A stretch of DNA of 64,000 nt from an uncultured Planctomycetia bacterium (GTDB taxonomy: Bacteria > Omnitrophota > Gorgyraeia > 2-02-FULL-51-18), in contig CAZXLF010000004.1 of the NCBI GenBank assembly GCA_964642015.1, forward strand, positions 115,001 to 179,000, read 5' to 3'. Of this stretch, positions 28,557-37,832 are shown in pieces; position 1 is the first letter of the stretch; each line of letters starts with the position of its first letter. Under the pieces are notes generated by a model that worked only from the letters and a program-made list of their open reading frames with translations, had not been told where the DNA came from and did no database searches. A program made the position numbers and the translations under genes.

Positions 28557-31145
28557 TCAATAACCGTATTTTTTGACGTACCATACCTTGACTATTTGCG
28601 CTATACCCAAATAGACCAAGGTTATTCCTGCCAAAGCTAACAACAAATTCAAAGGTGGGCGTACAAATCCAACATACTGATTGATAGGCGAAAATGGCAA
28701 GATCAAGCCTATTGAAAGAATAAAAAGAGACATCAGCACAAGGAACCTGCTGGGACGGCTTTCGATAAGTGGCAATTTTGAGGTGCGAATGACGTGAATG
28801 ACCAGCGTCTGCGTACACAAAGATTCTATGAACCAGCCTGTATGGAACAAGATCTCAGACGACTTGAAAAAAAACAAAAGAACTCCAAATGTAACAAAAT
28901 CAAAAAGGGAGCTGATAGGACCGAAGATCACCATGAACCGCCGAATCGCATCAATATTCCATGGTTTCGGTCTTTCAAGATATTCCGCATCGACTTGATC
29001 CGTAGGAATCGCAACTTGAGAAACATCGTACAAGAAATTATTCAGTAATATCTGGATCGGCGTCATTGGCAGAAATTTCAAGAAAAGGCTGGCGCCCGTC
29101 ATGCTGATCATGTTGCCCAGATTGGAACTTGCGCCCATTTTGATATACTTCATTGTATTTCCGAAGGTTTTGCGTCCCTCAAGCACGCCATGCTCTAAAA
29201 CCAATAGACTCTTTTCCAAAAGAATGATGTCGGCCGATTCTTTAGCAATGTCAACCGCATTATCCACCGAAATGCCGACATCTGAGGCTTTGAGCGAAGG
29301 CGCATCATTGATCCCGTCGCCCAGATAGCCAACAATATGGTTGTTCCGATGAAGCGCTCGGATCACTCGTTCCTTTTGTAAAGGTGCAAGTCTGGCGAAA
29401 ACACTCGTGGATTTCACAAGCTCCTGCAGTTCTTGATCATTCAAATTCTCTAAACGGTCACCCGTGATAATACTTTTAACGTCCAAACCGACGTCTCCGC
29501 ATATCTTTTTCGTAACAAGTTCATTATCGCCGGTCAGCACCATAAATCTGACGCCCAATTTTTGCAAATGGGCGATCGTTTTCTTGGCTGTGGGTTTAGG
29601 CGGGTCAAGGAACGCAAGATATCCTTTCAAGATCATCTGTTGCTCATCGTCTTTTGAATAAGCGTCTTTTTTAGTTGTGATATCCTTGTAAGATGTGGCT
29701 AAGACACGAAAACCATCAGCGCTCAACTGGTCATACTCTTCCTTAAGATCCGTGAGGATCAAGCTTTCCATTTCATAAATCTCTCCGTCGAGCTCATAAT
29801 GCGTGCACCGTTTAAATATCTCTTCAGGAGCTCCTTTGGAAATAAGCCGCTGTTTTCCTTCATTCTCGACGATCACAGACATGATCTTTCTCGAAAAATC
29901 AAACGGGATCTCATCGACCTTCTTATATTCTTTAACGATCAGCTTCTGATGTTTCAAAATAGCTTTATCGAGAAGGTTTTTTAGGCCCGTTTGATAGCAG
30001 CTATTAATATAAGCAAGTTTCAGCACTTCCTCGCTTTCATTCCTGACAACATCGCAATATTTTTCTAAAACCACTTTATCCATCGTGAGCGTACCGGTCT
30101 TATCCGTACAGAGCACATCCATCGCACCCAAATTCTGGATAGAGTTCAAGCGTTTCACGATGACTTTCTTTGTCGACATCGAAATAGCACCTTTGGAAAG
30201 ATTGATCGCAACGATCATAGGGAGCATTTCAGGGGTCAGGCCGACAGCCACCGCTAAGGAAAATAAGAACGCTTCGATCATATTTCCCTTCACAGCCGCA
30301 TTGATCGCAAAAATGATCACCACAAGCAACACCATGAAACGGATCATAAGCCATACGAATTTGTGGATCCCTTTATCAAAGCTGGATTCTGTAGTCATGG
30401 CAGCCAGCCGTTTGGATAATTCTCCGAATTGAGTGCGCACGCCGGTCTTGATCGCGATACCGAGCGCCGTACCGCTGACCACGCTCGATCCCATGAATGC
30501 CACATTGGACATCTCGGAGATCGATGATGATTTTGTCTGGATCGGATTTGGGAATTTTTCTATCGGAAATGATTCGCCCGTCAGGGATGCCTGGTTGATG
30601 AATAGATCCTTGCAGGAGAGAATGCGCAGGTCCGCCGGGATCATGTCGCCGGCATAAAGGTCGACGATATCTCCGGGCACAATGTTCCTCATTTTGATCT
30701 CACGTTTCTTCCCGTTGCGGATAAGCGTGGAGGTTGCACGTACCATTTCGCTTAATTTCTCAGCCTCTTTGCCTGAGCGGTATTCCTGAACAAAGGACAA
30801 GAGGACACTCATCAGGATCATCAGCAAAATAAGAAACGCCTCTATCTTTTCTCCGAAAAATAAAGAAAATGTACCAATGATCACCAACACAATGACTAAG
30901 GGATTCAAGAACTTGGAAAAAAATTGGATCAGGATCGTGCGCTTCTTTTTCTTGGCGGGTTCGTTAAAACCGTATTCCTTCAGGCGGGATTCGGCTTCAG
31001 TCTGAGAAAGGCCTTGCAAAGAAGTATTGAACTTCTCTAATAGATCATCCGCCGAAGTTTGGCAAAAATATTCCGATGCCGATACAGGTATCGTCTGATG
31101 AGAATTATTCTTACCGTTGGCAAGTTTGTCTTTTGTGGCCGGCAT
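28557..31145 (-). CDS. mgtA: Mg2+-importing P-type ATPase (MgtA/MgtB family)
   Basis: 862 aa. DKTGTLT phosphorylation site. TGDN and GDGINDAPSLK motifs. 10 TM helices. Confidence 0.9.
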   Translation of the reverse strand: MPATKDKLANGKNNSHQTIPVSASEYFCQTSADDLLEKFNTSLQGLSQTEAESRLKEYGFNEPAKKKKRTILIQFFSKFLNPLVIVLVIIGTFSLFFGEKIEAFLILLMILMSVLLSFVQEYRSGKEAEKLSEMVRATSTLIRNGKKREIKMRNIVPGDIVDLYAGDMIPADLRILSCKDLFINQASLTGESFPIEKFPNPIQTKSSSISEMSNVAFMGSSVVSGTALGIAIKTGVRTQFGELSKRLAAMTTESSFDKGIHKFVWLMIRFMVLLVVIIFAINAAVKGNMIEAFLFSLAVAVGLTPEMLPMIVAINLSKGAISMSTKKVIVKRLNSIQNLGAMDVLCTDKTGTLTMDKVVLEKYCDVVRNESEEVLKLAYINSCYQTGLKNLLDKAILKHQKLIVKEYKKVDEIPFDFSRKIMSVIVENEGKQRLISKGAPEEIFKRCTHYELDGEIYEMESLILTDLKEEYDQLSADGFRVLATSYKDITTKKDAYSKDDEQQMILKGYLAFLDPPKPTAKKTIAHLQKLGVRFMVLTGDNELVTKKICGDVGLDVKSIITGDRLENLNDQELQELVKSTSVFARLAPLQKERVIRALHRNNHIVGYLGDGINDAPSLKASDVGISVDNAVDIAKESADIILLEKSLLVLEHGVLEGRKTFGNTMKYIKMGASSNLGNMISMTGASLFLKFLPMTPIQILLNNFLYDVSQVAIPTDQVDAEYLERPKPWNIDAIRRFMVIFGPISSLFDFVTFGVLLFFFKSSEILFHTGWFIESLCTQTLVIHVIRTSKLPLIESRPSRFLVLMSLFILSIGLILPFSPINQYVGFVRPPLNLLLALAGITLVYLGIAQIVKVWYVKKYGY

Positions 31146-31188
31146 AATGAACGGCTATTATACAACGGGAAGCGGTTAAGACTAAGCC

Positions 31189-31242
31189 AAAAAATGACGC
31201 CGCAATAGCCGTTTCAAAACAAAAAGCATTAAAAGTGCGGCG
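31189..31242 (-). terminator. hairpin plus U-run just after the nitroreductase stop, inside the mgtA leader
   Basis: On the minus strand: TGCGGCG (31242→31236), a 31-nt loop, CGCCGCA (31204→31198), then TCATTTTTT. An alternative 10-bp pairing AACGGCTATT/AATAGCCGTT would occlude the mgtA start region. Confidence 0.35.
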
Positions 31243-31243
31243 A

Positions 31244-31882
31244 TCAGTTCTTTGCGACAACAACCTCCTGAGAGCTGAACCGGACCTTCTTTAGACTTGA
31301 ATAAGGGTCTTCGGAGGATCGATAGCCGACCGGGCATAACACGACCGATTCGATCCCTTCATCACCTAATTTTAAGATCTCGTCGAATTTTTTACTGTCG
31401 AAACCCTCCATTGGGCAGGAATCAATGTGGCGGTCACTGGCAGCGTAGATCAGAAACCCAAGCGCGAGATACACTTGTTTCTTCATCCATTCGGACAACC
31501 ATTCTTTAGTATGCCCCTTAACAAACCCCAGCATCATCTCTTCATAACTTTTAAGTGATTCAACGGATACACCGCGTTGGGAAGCAAGCTGTTTTATGAA
31601 CTGTTTGACATAAGCTTCATCTATGCTTTTGAGTGCGCACAAAACTATCAAATGCGATGCATCCGCCACCTGTGGCTGATTCCATGCGTGGGCCTGAAGC
31701 TCTTTTCTCAAAGCCGGATTGACGACGACCGCAAATTTCCACGGCTGCAGGCCAAAAGACGAGGGCGCCAGACGAAGCGCCTCGATCAGTTCTGTAAATT
31801 GGGATTCCGGTACTTTTTTTGAAGGATCGAATTTTTTCGTTGCATATCTCCATAACAAACTATTTCCATTTTGTGAACTCAT
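31244..31882 (-). CDS. nitroreductase-family NAD(P)H oxidoreductase
   Basis: 212 aa. Nitroreductase fold pattern (…RYATKKFDPSKKVPES…PSSFGLQPWKF…). Confidence 0.75.
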   Translation of the reverse strand: MSSQNGNSLLWRYATKKFDPSKKVPESQFTELIEALRLAPSSFGLQPWKFAVVVNPALRKELQAHAWNQPQVADASHLIVLCALKSIDEAYVKQFIKQLASQRGVSVESLKSYEEMMLGFVKGHTKEWLSEWMKKQVYLALGFLIYAASDRHIDSCPMEGFDSKKFDEILKLGDEGIESVVLCPVGYRSSEDPYSSLKKVRFSSQEVVVAKN

Positions 31883-31894
31883 ACGGACCTCCTA

Positions 31895-32887
31895 TTATTT
31901 TGAATGATCTCCGGATTCTTCAGGGACAATAAATAATGACATTTTTTTATAATTCCTTAAAAGGATAACTTCTACAGCCACGCCGAATTTTTTTTCCGTA
32001 AGCAGCCGGTGTAAATCGTCGACAGTCTGCACATTCTGATCCCCAAATCGTATTAAAATATCCCCTTCAACGATGCCTGCTTTTTCCGCGGGACTGTCTT
32101 CAGCAACAGAAATCACCAGTATCCCTTGATCTGAAACAAGGTTATTAAACCTAACTATCTGCCGGTGAAGCGGGACATTTTGCCCCATGATCCCCACATA
32201 ACCGCGGTTGATCTTGCCGTCTTTGATCAAACGGCCTGCCACATAAACAGCTGTATTACTGGCTATCGCAAAACTGATCCCTTGCGCCGGCGCAATGATC
32301 GCTGTATTCACGCCAACCACATTTCCGCTAGAAGTCACGAGCGGTCCGCCTGAATTTCCGGGATTCAGCGCCGCATCCGTTTGAATGATATTTTGGATCA
32401 GCCGGCCTGAACTCGAACGTAAAGACCTGCCCATCGCGCTAACCACCCCGGCCGTGACTGTATATTGAAAACCAAAAGGATTTCCGACAGCGATCACAAG
32501 CTGGCCGACTTTAAGCGCTTCGGAATCTCCGAAAACCGCGGATGAAAGCTTCGGCGCAGTAATACGGATAACTGCCAGATCCGTGTCAGGATCATCTCCG
32601 ACGAGATCGGCCCGGTAATCATTACCGTCGGAAAGAGTTACATGAATACTGTCAGAGCCGTGAACAACATGGCTATTCGTTAAAATGAACCCATCGCTTG
32701 TAAATATAAATCCCGAACCACCTCCCTTTGCAGGCTGCGATACACGCGAACCGCTGTTGTTTTTTATCACGTCGATATTAACAACGGACGGATTGATCTT
32801 TTCAGCGGCTGTAATAACAGTGTTGGAATAATCGTCCAGATCCTGTCCGTCTTGATGCCGAATTTCCCGCACTTCTTTTGACATCAT
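31895..32887 (-). CDS. HtrA/DegP-like serine protease with C-terminal PDZ domain
   Basis: Catalytic His in TNSHVVHG, catalytic Ser in GNSGGPLV, PDZ signature GIVEGDILIRFGDQNV. No obvious signal peptide. Confidence 0.75.
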   Translation of the reverse strand: MMSKEVREIRHQDGQDLDDYSNTVITAAEKINPSVVNIDVIKNNSGSRVSQPAKGGGSGFIFTSDGFILTNSHVVHGSDSIHVTLSDGNDYRADLVGDDPDTDLAVIRITAPKLSSAVFGDSEALKVGQLVIAVGNPFGFQYTVTAGVVSAMGRSLRSSSGRLIQNIIQTDAALNPGNSGGPLVTSSGNVVGVNTAIIAPAQGISFAIASNTAVYVAGRLIKDGKINRGYVGIMGQNVPLHRQIVRFNNLVSDQGILVISVAEDSPAEKAGIVEGDILIRFGDQNVQTVDDLHRLLTEKKFGVAVEVILLRNYKKMSLFIVPEESGDHSK

Positions 32888-32957
32888 GCACCTCGCTTTT
32901 TGAATGACAGTGATGAGAAAGGAACGCTCTGAAGCATCCCTTTCCCATCACAAAATA

Positions 32958-33278
32958 TTACTTCTTACCTTCCGTCATGATACGTGTTATTTTCTCCTTC
33001 AGATCCATCTTTGCTTTACCTTGCGCCAGCATGGATTCCCATTGCACTCCCATCGCTTCGATCACCGCATCAGCCATTTTATCCATCTTGGCCCCCCATG
33101 CCTTATGGATCTTCGCTTTTAAGACTTCCACATGAGCTTCCTTAATGGCTTGATGAAACGCACAACCCCACATCTCCGTGACCTTTTCTATAGGACAGCA
33201 AGTCGAGGACTGCGTCGAACAGCTCTGTTCTTCATGGGTATCGCATGAACCGGTTTGAGACGAACACTTATTTTCCAT
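32958..33278 (-). CDS. hypothetical small protein with Cys-rich N-terminus and helical C-terminus
   Basis: 106 aa. Seven Cys in the first 40 residues (CSSQTGSCDTHEEQSCSTQSSTCCPIEKVTEMWGC). Confidence 0.45.
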   Translation of the reverse strand: MENKCSSQTGSCDTHEEQSCSTQSSTCCPIEKVTEMWGCAFHQAIKEAHVEVLKAKIHKAWGAKMDKMADAVIEAMGVQWESMLAQGKAKMDLKEKITRIMTEGKK

Positions 33279-33333
33279 TGTAACGCTCCTTTGTTTTTAT
33301 CCGCCGAACCTCAGCAGATCGTTTTAATTTACA

Positions 33334-33352
33334 TTCCAACCAGTTGGTATGT
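33334..33352. promoter_or_regulatory. TetR-operator-like imperfect palindrome (site A) upstream of the Cys-rich gene
   Basis: TTCCAACCAGTTGGTAT shares the core CCAACCAGT(T/C)GGTA with site B. Confidence 0.35.
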
Positions 33353-33368
33353 AATTTGAGCAAAAAAA

Positions 33369-33980
33369 TTATTTTTTGAAAAGCGACCTTATATATTCCT
33401 TATAATGGATCAACCCATTCTGTCTTGCGGTTGAGTTTTGTTTTACTTTTGAGACTAATAAAGTGCCCTCCAGCACTACTACAAAATGGTCCGCCAGACT
33501 TGCCGGATCCCAATCCGCCTTCGGCGCATATTTTGCTTTGGCCTGCTGCAGGTCGGATTTTAGGACTTCGGACATTTCATGGAACGCATGGCCGCAAATC
33601 GACCGGATCTCAGGATGAGTATCTGAGAGTTCCTGCGCCATACTGCCGACTAAACATCCCCTGCCGTTATTTTTCTTCATTTTCTCTATCATAAAATCCA
33701 AAAATCCGTAAACTCTCTGCAAAGGATCTTTTTCCGCCAGACAACAGCCGGATCTCATAGCCTCTTTGTTATGAGAACAATAACGCCTGAGAAGTTCTAC
33801 ACCCAATTCTTCTTTACTGTCAAAATAATGAAAAAAACTTCCCTTGGTCAGCTTTGCCTTCCGGCATATATCATCGACCGTCGTGCCGGCAAAACCTTTC
33901 TCCAGGACCAGTCCTTGCGCGGTGTCCAAGAGTTTCTGCTTCGTTGGGTGATCTTCCATCAGGGTTTTCATACATACCAA
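33369..33980 (-). CDS. TetR/AcrR-family transcriptional regulator
   Basis: N-terminal HTH (GFAGTTVDDICRKAKLTKGSFFHYFDSKEELGVEL). The first ATG is at M4 (33969-33971); the track start at 33980 is a TTG. Confidence 0.8.
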   Translation of the reverse strand: MVCMKTLMEDHPTKQKLLDTAQGLVLEKGFAGTTVDDICRKAKLTKGSFFHYFDSKEELGVELLRRYCSHNKEAMRSGCCLAEKDPLQRVYGFLDFMIEKMKKNNGRGCLVGSMAQELSDTHPEIRSICGHAFHEMSEVLKSDLQQAKAKYAPKADWDPASLADHFVVVLEGTLLVSKVKQNSTARQNGLIHYKEYIRSLFKK

Positions 33981-33990
33981 CCAGTCGGTA
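33975..33990. promoter_or_regulatory. TetR-operator-like imperfect palindrome (site B) abutting the tetR start
   Basis: TACCAACCAGTCGGTA, 12 of 16 positions palindromic. Same core as site A. Confidence 0.35.
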
Positions 33991-34147
33991 CAATTATACT
34001 ATTTCGGCCAAGTTTGTCAAGTCTGCTGTCAACTCTTAGCGGTTCCTGATAATGCCCTCGTCAGACAAAAGCTGTTTGACCTTCTTAGCCTTATACAGTC
34101 AATATAAAAAGGGTCGCCGGTAACTCATGCACACCGCTTCTTTGAAA

Positions 34148-34537
34148 TCAATACTCCACCCATCGATCCATCTTACCGTCATAATCAGAATCTTTTTCGA
34201 CCTTCACCAGCTTGCCGTCTTTATAATAGCCGATCTCATCAACAACACCATCAAAATTAGTATCTGCCTCTGTCCGTACAATCTGACCATTCTCATAATA
34301 TTGCCACTGATCCGGCTTTCCATCGTGATTGGTATCCAACGCGATAACCTTTGGGGATGGAGCATTCCTCGAGGATTGGTCTTCGGCATAACTAGAATGA
34401 AAGCCACCGGCGATCATTACTATGGCAGCCAGCCCTGCGATTAAAATATACTTCGTAAATTTGTTTCTATTCTGATGTTTTAACAGCACTTTATACCTCC
34501 TGTTTTGAGCGTTATCGACCAAAACTGATATTTTCAT
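34148..34537 (-). CDS. membrane-anchored or secreted protein with three tandem DxNxDG (EF-hand-loop-like) repeats
   Basis: The three repeats are DTNHDGKPDQWQYYENGQIV, DTNFDGVVDEIGYYKDGKLV and DSDYDGKMDRWVEY. A hydrophobic N-terminal segment precedes them. Confidence 0.5.
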   Translation of the reverse strand: MKISVLVDNAQNRRYKVLLKHQNRNKFTKYILIAGLAAIVMIAGGFHSSYAEDQSSRNAPSPKVIALDTNHDGKPDQWQYYENGQIVRTEADTNFDGVVDEIGYYKDGKLVKVEKDSDYDGKMDRWVEY

Positions 34538-34626
34538 ACTTCAAACCTGACCATTATAAACCAGAAATAAATAAAGCCGTAGATTTTTTCTACGGCTTTA
34601 TTAGATCGCTTTGTTGAAAAATACCT

Positions 34627-34986
34627 TTATTCCAGTTCCACTGTCTTAACGAAAACCTTACCCTCTTTTTCGGTATGACGAACTTTCGCTTTATCGCCCA
34701 CTTTAATATCAGTCCAGGTGACCTGATTCCCGCCCCTCCAAATAGAACTGGAAGCAGTATCGATCATGATCACCCATTCTCTTCCGACGGCATCCTTGAT
34801 CTTAAGCCAAGGTGCAGTGACGCTTGTATTAACCGCAGAAACAGTGCCTTCGGAAGTGCTGATCACAGGAGTAGGCGCCGATGTCACCGCCGTAGATGCG
34901 GGAGGCGTTGTTTCGGCAAAACTCATGGCGGAAACACCGCAAAAAGCGATAGTCGACACCAAAGTTAACACCCGCTTTCTGTGCAT
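34627..34986 (-). CDS. hypothetical secreted protein
   Basis: 119 aa. Signal peptide, a Thr/Ser/Ala-rich linker, then a beta-rich C-terminal domain (…WRGGNQVTWTDIKVGDKAKV…). Confidence 0.45.
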   Translation of the reverse strand: MHRKRVLTLVSTIAFCGVSAMSFAETTPPASTAVTSAPTPVISTSEGTVSAVNTSVTAPWLKIKDAVGREWVIMIDTASSSIWRGGNQVTWTDIKVGDKAKVRHTEKEGKVFVKTVELE

Positions 34987-35017
34987 TCAGGATCTCCTTC
35001 TTACAAATTATAGTGAA

Positions 35018-35251
35018 TTAGGCAGCCGGTGATGCTGAACTCGCCGGAGCTGGTGAAGGTTTCGCTTTTTTCTTTTTAACACCCGGCTTTTTCTTCAGGT
35101 GTTTCTTTTTTTCGCCCTTCTCGCCCTTATCGGTTTTCTGATCCGTAGCAGTAGTGGTTTCCGCAGCAATGGCAGACGCCTGATAAACTAATGCCGCCCC
35201 AAAAAGAAACGCTAAGACTAATACCAATCCTTTTAATTTTTTCATGGTCAT
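35018..35251 (-). CDS. hypothetical small secreted Lys-rich protein
   Basis: 77 aa. Signal peptide followed by KGEKGEKKKHLKKKPGVKKKKAKP. Could be spurious. Confidence 0.3.
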   Translation of the reverse strand: MTMKKLKGLVLVLAFLFGAALVYQASAIAAETTTATDQKTDKGEKGEKKKHLKKKPGVKKKKAKPSPAPASSASPAA

Positions 35252-35307
35252 CTCTCCCTTTGCTTTCGATTTTATACTATTAAAATGACGTAGGGATGAA
35301 TTTAAGA

Positions 35308-36786
35308 TTACAAATCGTTCATCTGTATAATAGCGCCTTCCGGAGGGATCGCAGGAAACGAAATCAAGAAAGTCGCCCCCGGTCCGGAAGGATTCTGAAC
35401 TTCTATCCGCCCCTTATGCGATTCGGCGATCCATCGGCACAAACCCAAACCTAATCCAACACCCGAAGAGCTGCCGTTGTTTGGTTTTGTACGGCTGAAG
35501 AACTTATCAAATATCTTGGGCAATTCTTCCGCAGGAATCCCTGAGCCCGTATCTTGGACCACGATACATACTTCGCCGTTACGCCGAGCCACTTCAACAT
35601 GTATCTTTCCCTGTGCAGGCGTATGTTTGACGGCATTATCCAGGAAATTAGAGACCAAACGCTCCAGAAGTCTTTTTTCTCCCCGGATAAGAGAAACGTC
35701 ACGCTCCACAAAATCGATCGTGATCCCTTTAGCGGAAGCCACTTTCTGCCAAACATAAACCATCGGCCTGACCAGCTCTCCCAACTGAATATCTTTCCAC
35801 TCAATGGCCTCTTCGCCTTCTTCGGCATAGGCCAACGCCAGAAGCTGCTCCACGATATTCGCTAATTCGGTCAACACATCAAGCTGTGACCGCAGAAGCT
35901 CCCTGTATTCCTCATTATTCCGCGGTTTGCGCAACGTAACCTCAAGCTCCCCTTTCATGACACTGAGAGGAGTGCGCAATTCATGTGCCGCTGCCGCACT
36001 GAATTGACGTACGCGTTTGAAAGATCTATCCAATCTCGACAGCAGTCCATTGAAAGTTTCAGCCAATTGCTCCAATTCGTCATGTGTATTCGGTACTTCG
36101 ATACGCTCATGAAGACGCTGAATGCCGATCAACCGCACTTTCCTGATCATTCGATCCACGGGCCGCAAAGCCGCAGTGGCTAAAAACCATCCGATGGCAC
36201 TAGTGAACAAGGCCGTTAAAGGAACAAGCCAAAAAAGCCAGCTACGCAATTGTTCGAGCGAAGTTTCGGCCTGCCGGCGTGAAACGGCTATTTGTACAAT
36301 ATAAAGCAACTGCCCATCCTCAACGATCGGACGTGTAATCAGCTGAAATCCGCTTTTACCTTGTTTGAAAGTTTGGTAACTGGTGCGTTTTTTGAACGCT
36401 TTTTTTATGATCGATTCTTCAAGAGGCAGATTTAATTCAGAGAAATGGTCTGAAGCAGCTAAGACCGTTCCATCATGTCCGACCAGACGCAAGCTATGAT
36501 CTTCCAATTCGTTGGTTTCATTAGACCAGCGGTCGATCAAAGCTTGAAACCGCCCATACTTGATCTCTTTTTGGATCGTGTCCGTTTTGTAAACTTCGTG
36601 TTCGGCTTTCCAAAAAGCAAAGATATTATCCGCCGTCGCATCAGCTTGAGCGGCTAAAGTTTCATTAATATGACGGTTCAGATTTGACGAAACCTTCGAA
36701 TAAAGCGTGTAACTAAACAGGCAAAGGATGACCGTGAGGATCCCGATATACCATAAGGTCAGAACAAATCGGATCGAGCGGATCAC
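35308..36786 (-). CDS. sensor histidine kinase (2 TM helices, HAMP, HisKA, HATPase)
   Basis: H-box AAAHELRTPLS. N-box NFLDNAVKHT. G-boxes DTGSGIP and GVGLGLGL. Overlaps its response regulator by 4 nt. Confidence 0.85.
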   Translation of the reverse strand: MIRSIRFVLTLWYIGILTVILCLFSYTLYSKVSSNLNRHINETLAAQADATADNIFAFWKAEHEVYKTDTIQKEIKYGRFQALIDRWSNETNELEDHSLRLVGHDGTVLAASDHFSELNLPLEESIIKKAFKKRTSYQTFKQGKSGFQLITRPIVEDGQLLYIVQIAVSRRQAETSLEQLRSWLFWLVPLTALFTSAIGWFLATAALRPVDRMIRKVRLIGIQRLHERIEVPNTHDELEQLAETFNGLLSRLDRSFKRVRQFSAAAAHELRTPLSVMKGELEVTLRKPRNNEEYRELLRSQLDVLTELANIVEQLLALAYAEEGEEAIEWKDIQLGELVRPMVYVWQKVASAKGITIDFVERDVSLIRGEKRLLERLVSNFLDNAVKHTPAQGKIHVEVARRNGEVCIVVQDTGSGIPAEELPKIFDKFFSRTKPNNGSSSGVGLGLGLCRWIAESHKGRIEVQNPSGPGATFLISFPAIPPEGAIIQMNDL

Positions 36787-37463
36787 GATTTATCAGGTTC
36801 TTGCAAAATATAACCGCTGCCCCGGACAGTTTGCAGCAATCGAGGATGAAAATCGCCATCGATCTTCCGGCGCAAGCGGGCAACCAAAACATCGATCACA
36901 TTGGAGAAAGTATCAAAGTCGTGTTCCCATACTTTTTCAGCGAGAGCAGAACGTGTCACGACCTGATTCTTGTGGCGGATCATGAACTCCAGCAGAGAAT
37001 ATTCACGACTGGTCAAAAATATTTCCTTACCGGCACGCAAAACTTGACGTTTTAAAGTGTCGACCTGAAGATCCGCGACGCGAAGGACTGTTTCCAGAAG
37101 ATCGCCTCTTCGGCGAAGCAGCGCGCGCACGCGCGCCAAAAACTCCTCGAACGAAAACGGCTTCACCAAATAGTCATCGGCGCCCGAATCCAATCCTGTA
37201 GCTTTGTCCGACGGCTTATCTTTAGCCGTCAGGATCAAAACAGGCACGGTCACCCGTTCTCGGCGGAGATCCCTTAAAACTTCAAGACCGCTTTTTTTAG
37301 GCAACAACAAGTCTAGGATAATGAGATCGTAAGGATTAAGTTGGGCTAGGTAGAGCCCCTCTTCTCCGTTTTTCGCAAGATCAACCGTATAATTTTCTTC
37401 TTTCAATCCGCGGCGGATGAAACTTGCCATTCGCGCGTCATCTTCTACCAATAAAATGCGCAT
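36783..37463 (-). CDS. OmpR/PhoB-family response regulator
   Basis: Receiver domain (MRILLVEDD…DLIILDLLLP) and winged-helix DNA-binding domain (…LSRTEYSLLEFM…VRGSGY). Confidence 0.9.
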   Translation of the reverse strand: MRILLVEDDARMASFIRRGLKEENYTVDLAKNGEEGLYLAQLNPYDLIILDLLLPKKSGLEVLRDLRRERVTVPVLILTAKDKPSDKATGLDSGADDYLVKPFSFEEFLARVRALLRRRGDLLETVLRVADLQVDTLKRQVLRAGKEIFLTSREYSLLEFMIRHKNQVVTRSALAEKVWEHDFDTFSNVIDVLVARLRRKIDGDFHPRLLQTVRGSGYILQEPDKS

Positions 37464-37469
37464 ATCAAG

Positions 37470-37832
37470 TCAATCAGACTTATCCTTATTTTCAAGGAGA
37501 TCCAATTCTTGTTCCAATTTTTCAAACCCTACTTTACAGAGTTTTCCAAAAAAAGGTCCGAACAAAAATCCCAAAGCCGCTACAACAGATCCCACGGAGA
37601 CAAAAGCCATCAAAGACGCAAAGATCTTCCCTGCCACAGTGACTGGAGCCAATGCCGGCCCTTGGGCTGTCGCGATCATGCTCATAAAATAAAAAGCGTC
37701 TAAATAAGATAATTTTTCGAGATGATGCATGCCGACGGTCCCGACAAGCATCACCGAAGCAACTAAAACAAAAGACATGATGCCCCGCCGCGCGGCAGAA
37801 TGATAATGATGAAGTCTTCTTTGTTTATTCAT
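37470..37832 (-). CDS. minimal 2-TM ion-channel-like protein (K+-channel pore-loop-like)
   Basis: 120 aa. TM1, a pore-helix-like segment YLDAFYFMSMIATAQGP, then TM2. The stop is 7 nt before the response-regulator start. Confidence 0.4.
   Translation of the reverse strand: MNKQRRLHHYHSAARRGIMSFVLVASVMLVGTVGMHHLEKLSYLDAFYFMSMIATAQGPALAPVTVAGKIFASLMAFVSVGSVVAALGFLFGPFFGKLCKVGFEKLEQELDLLENKDKSD

Noticed and set aside
28522-28818. 98-aa ORF overlapping the 3' end of mgtA
   Set aside because: Same-strand frame overlap with the conserved MgtA C-terminus. It has no independent support.
33981-34147. Possible additional small gene or RNA in the 167-nt gap upstream of tetR
   Set aside because: It contains only the operator-like palindrome and AT-rich promoter-like sequence. 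No ORF with start plus RBS and no obvious stable structured RNA was seen.
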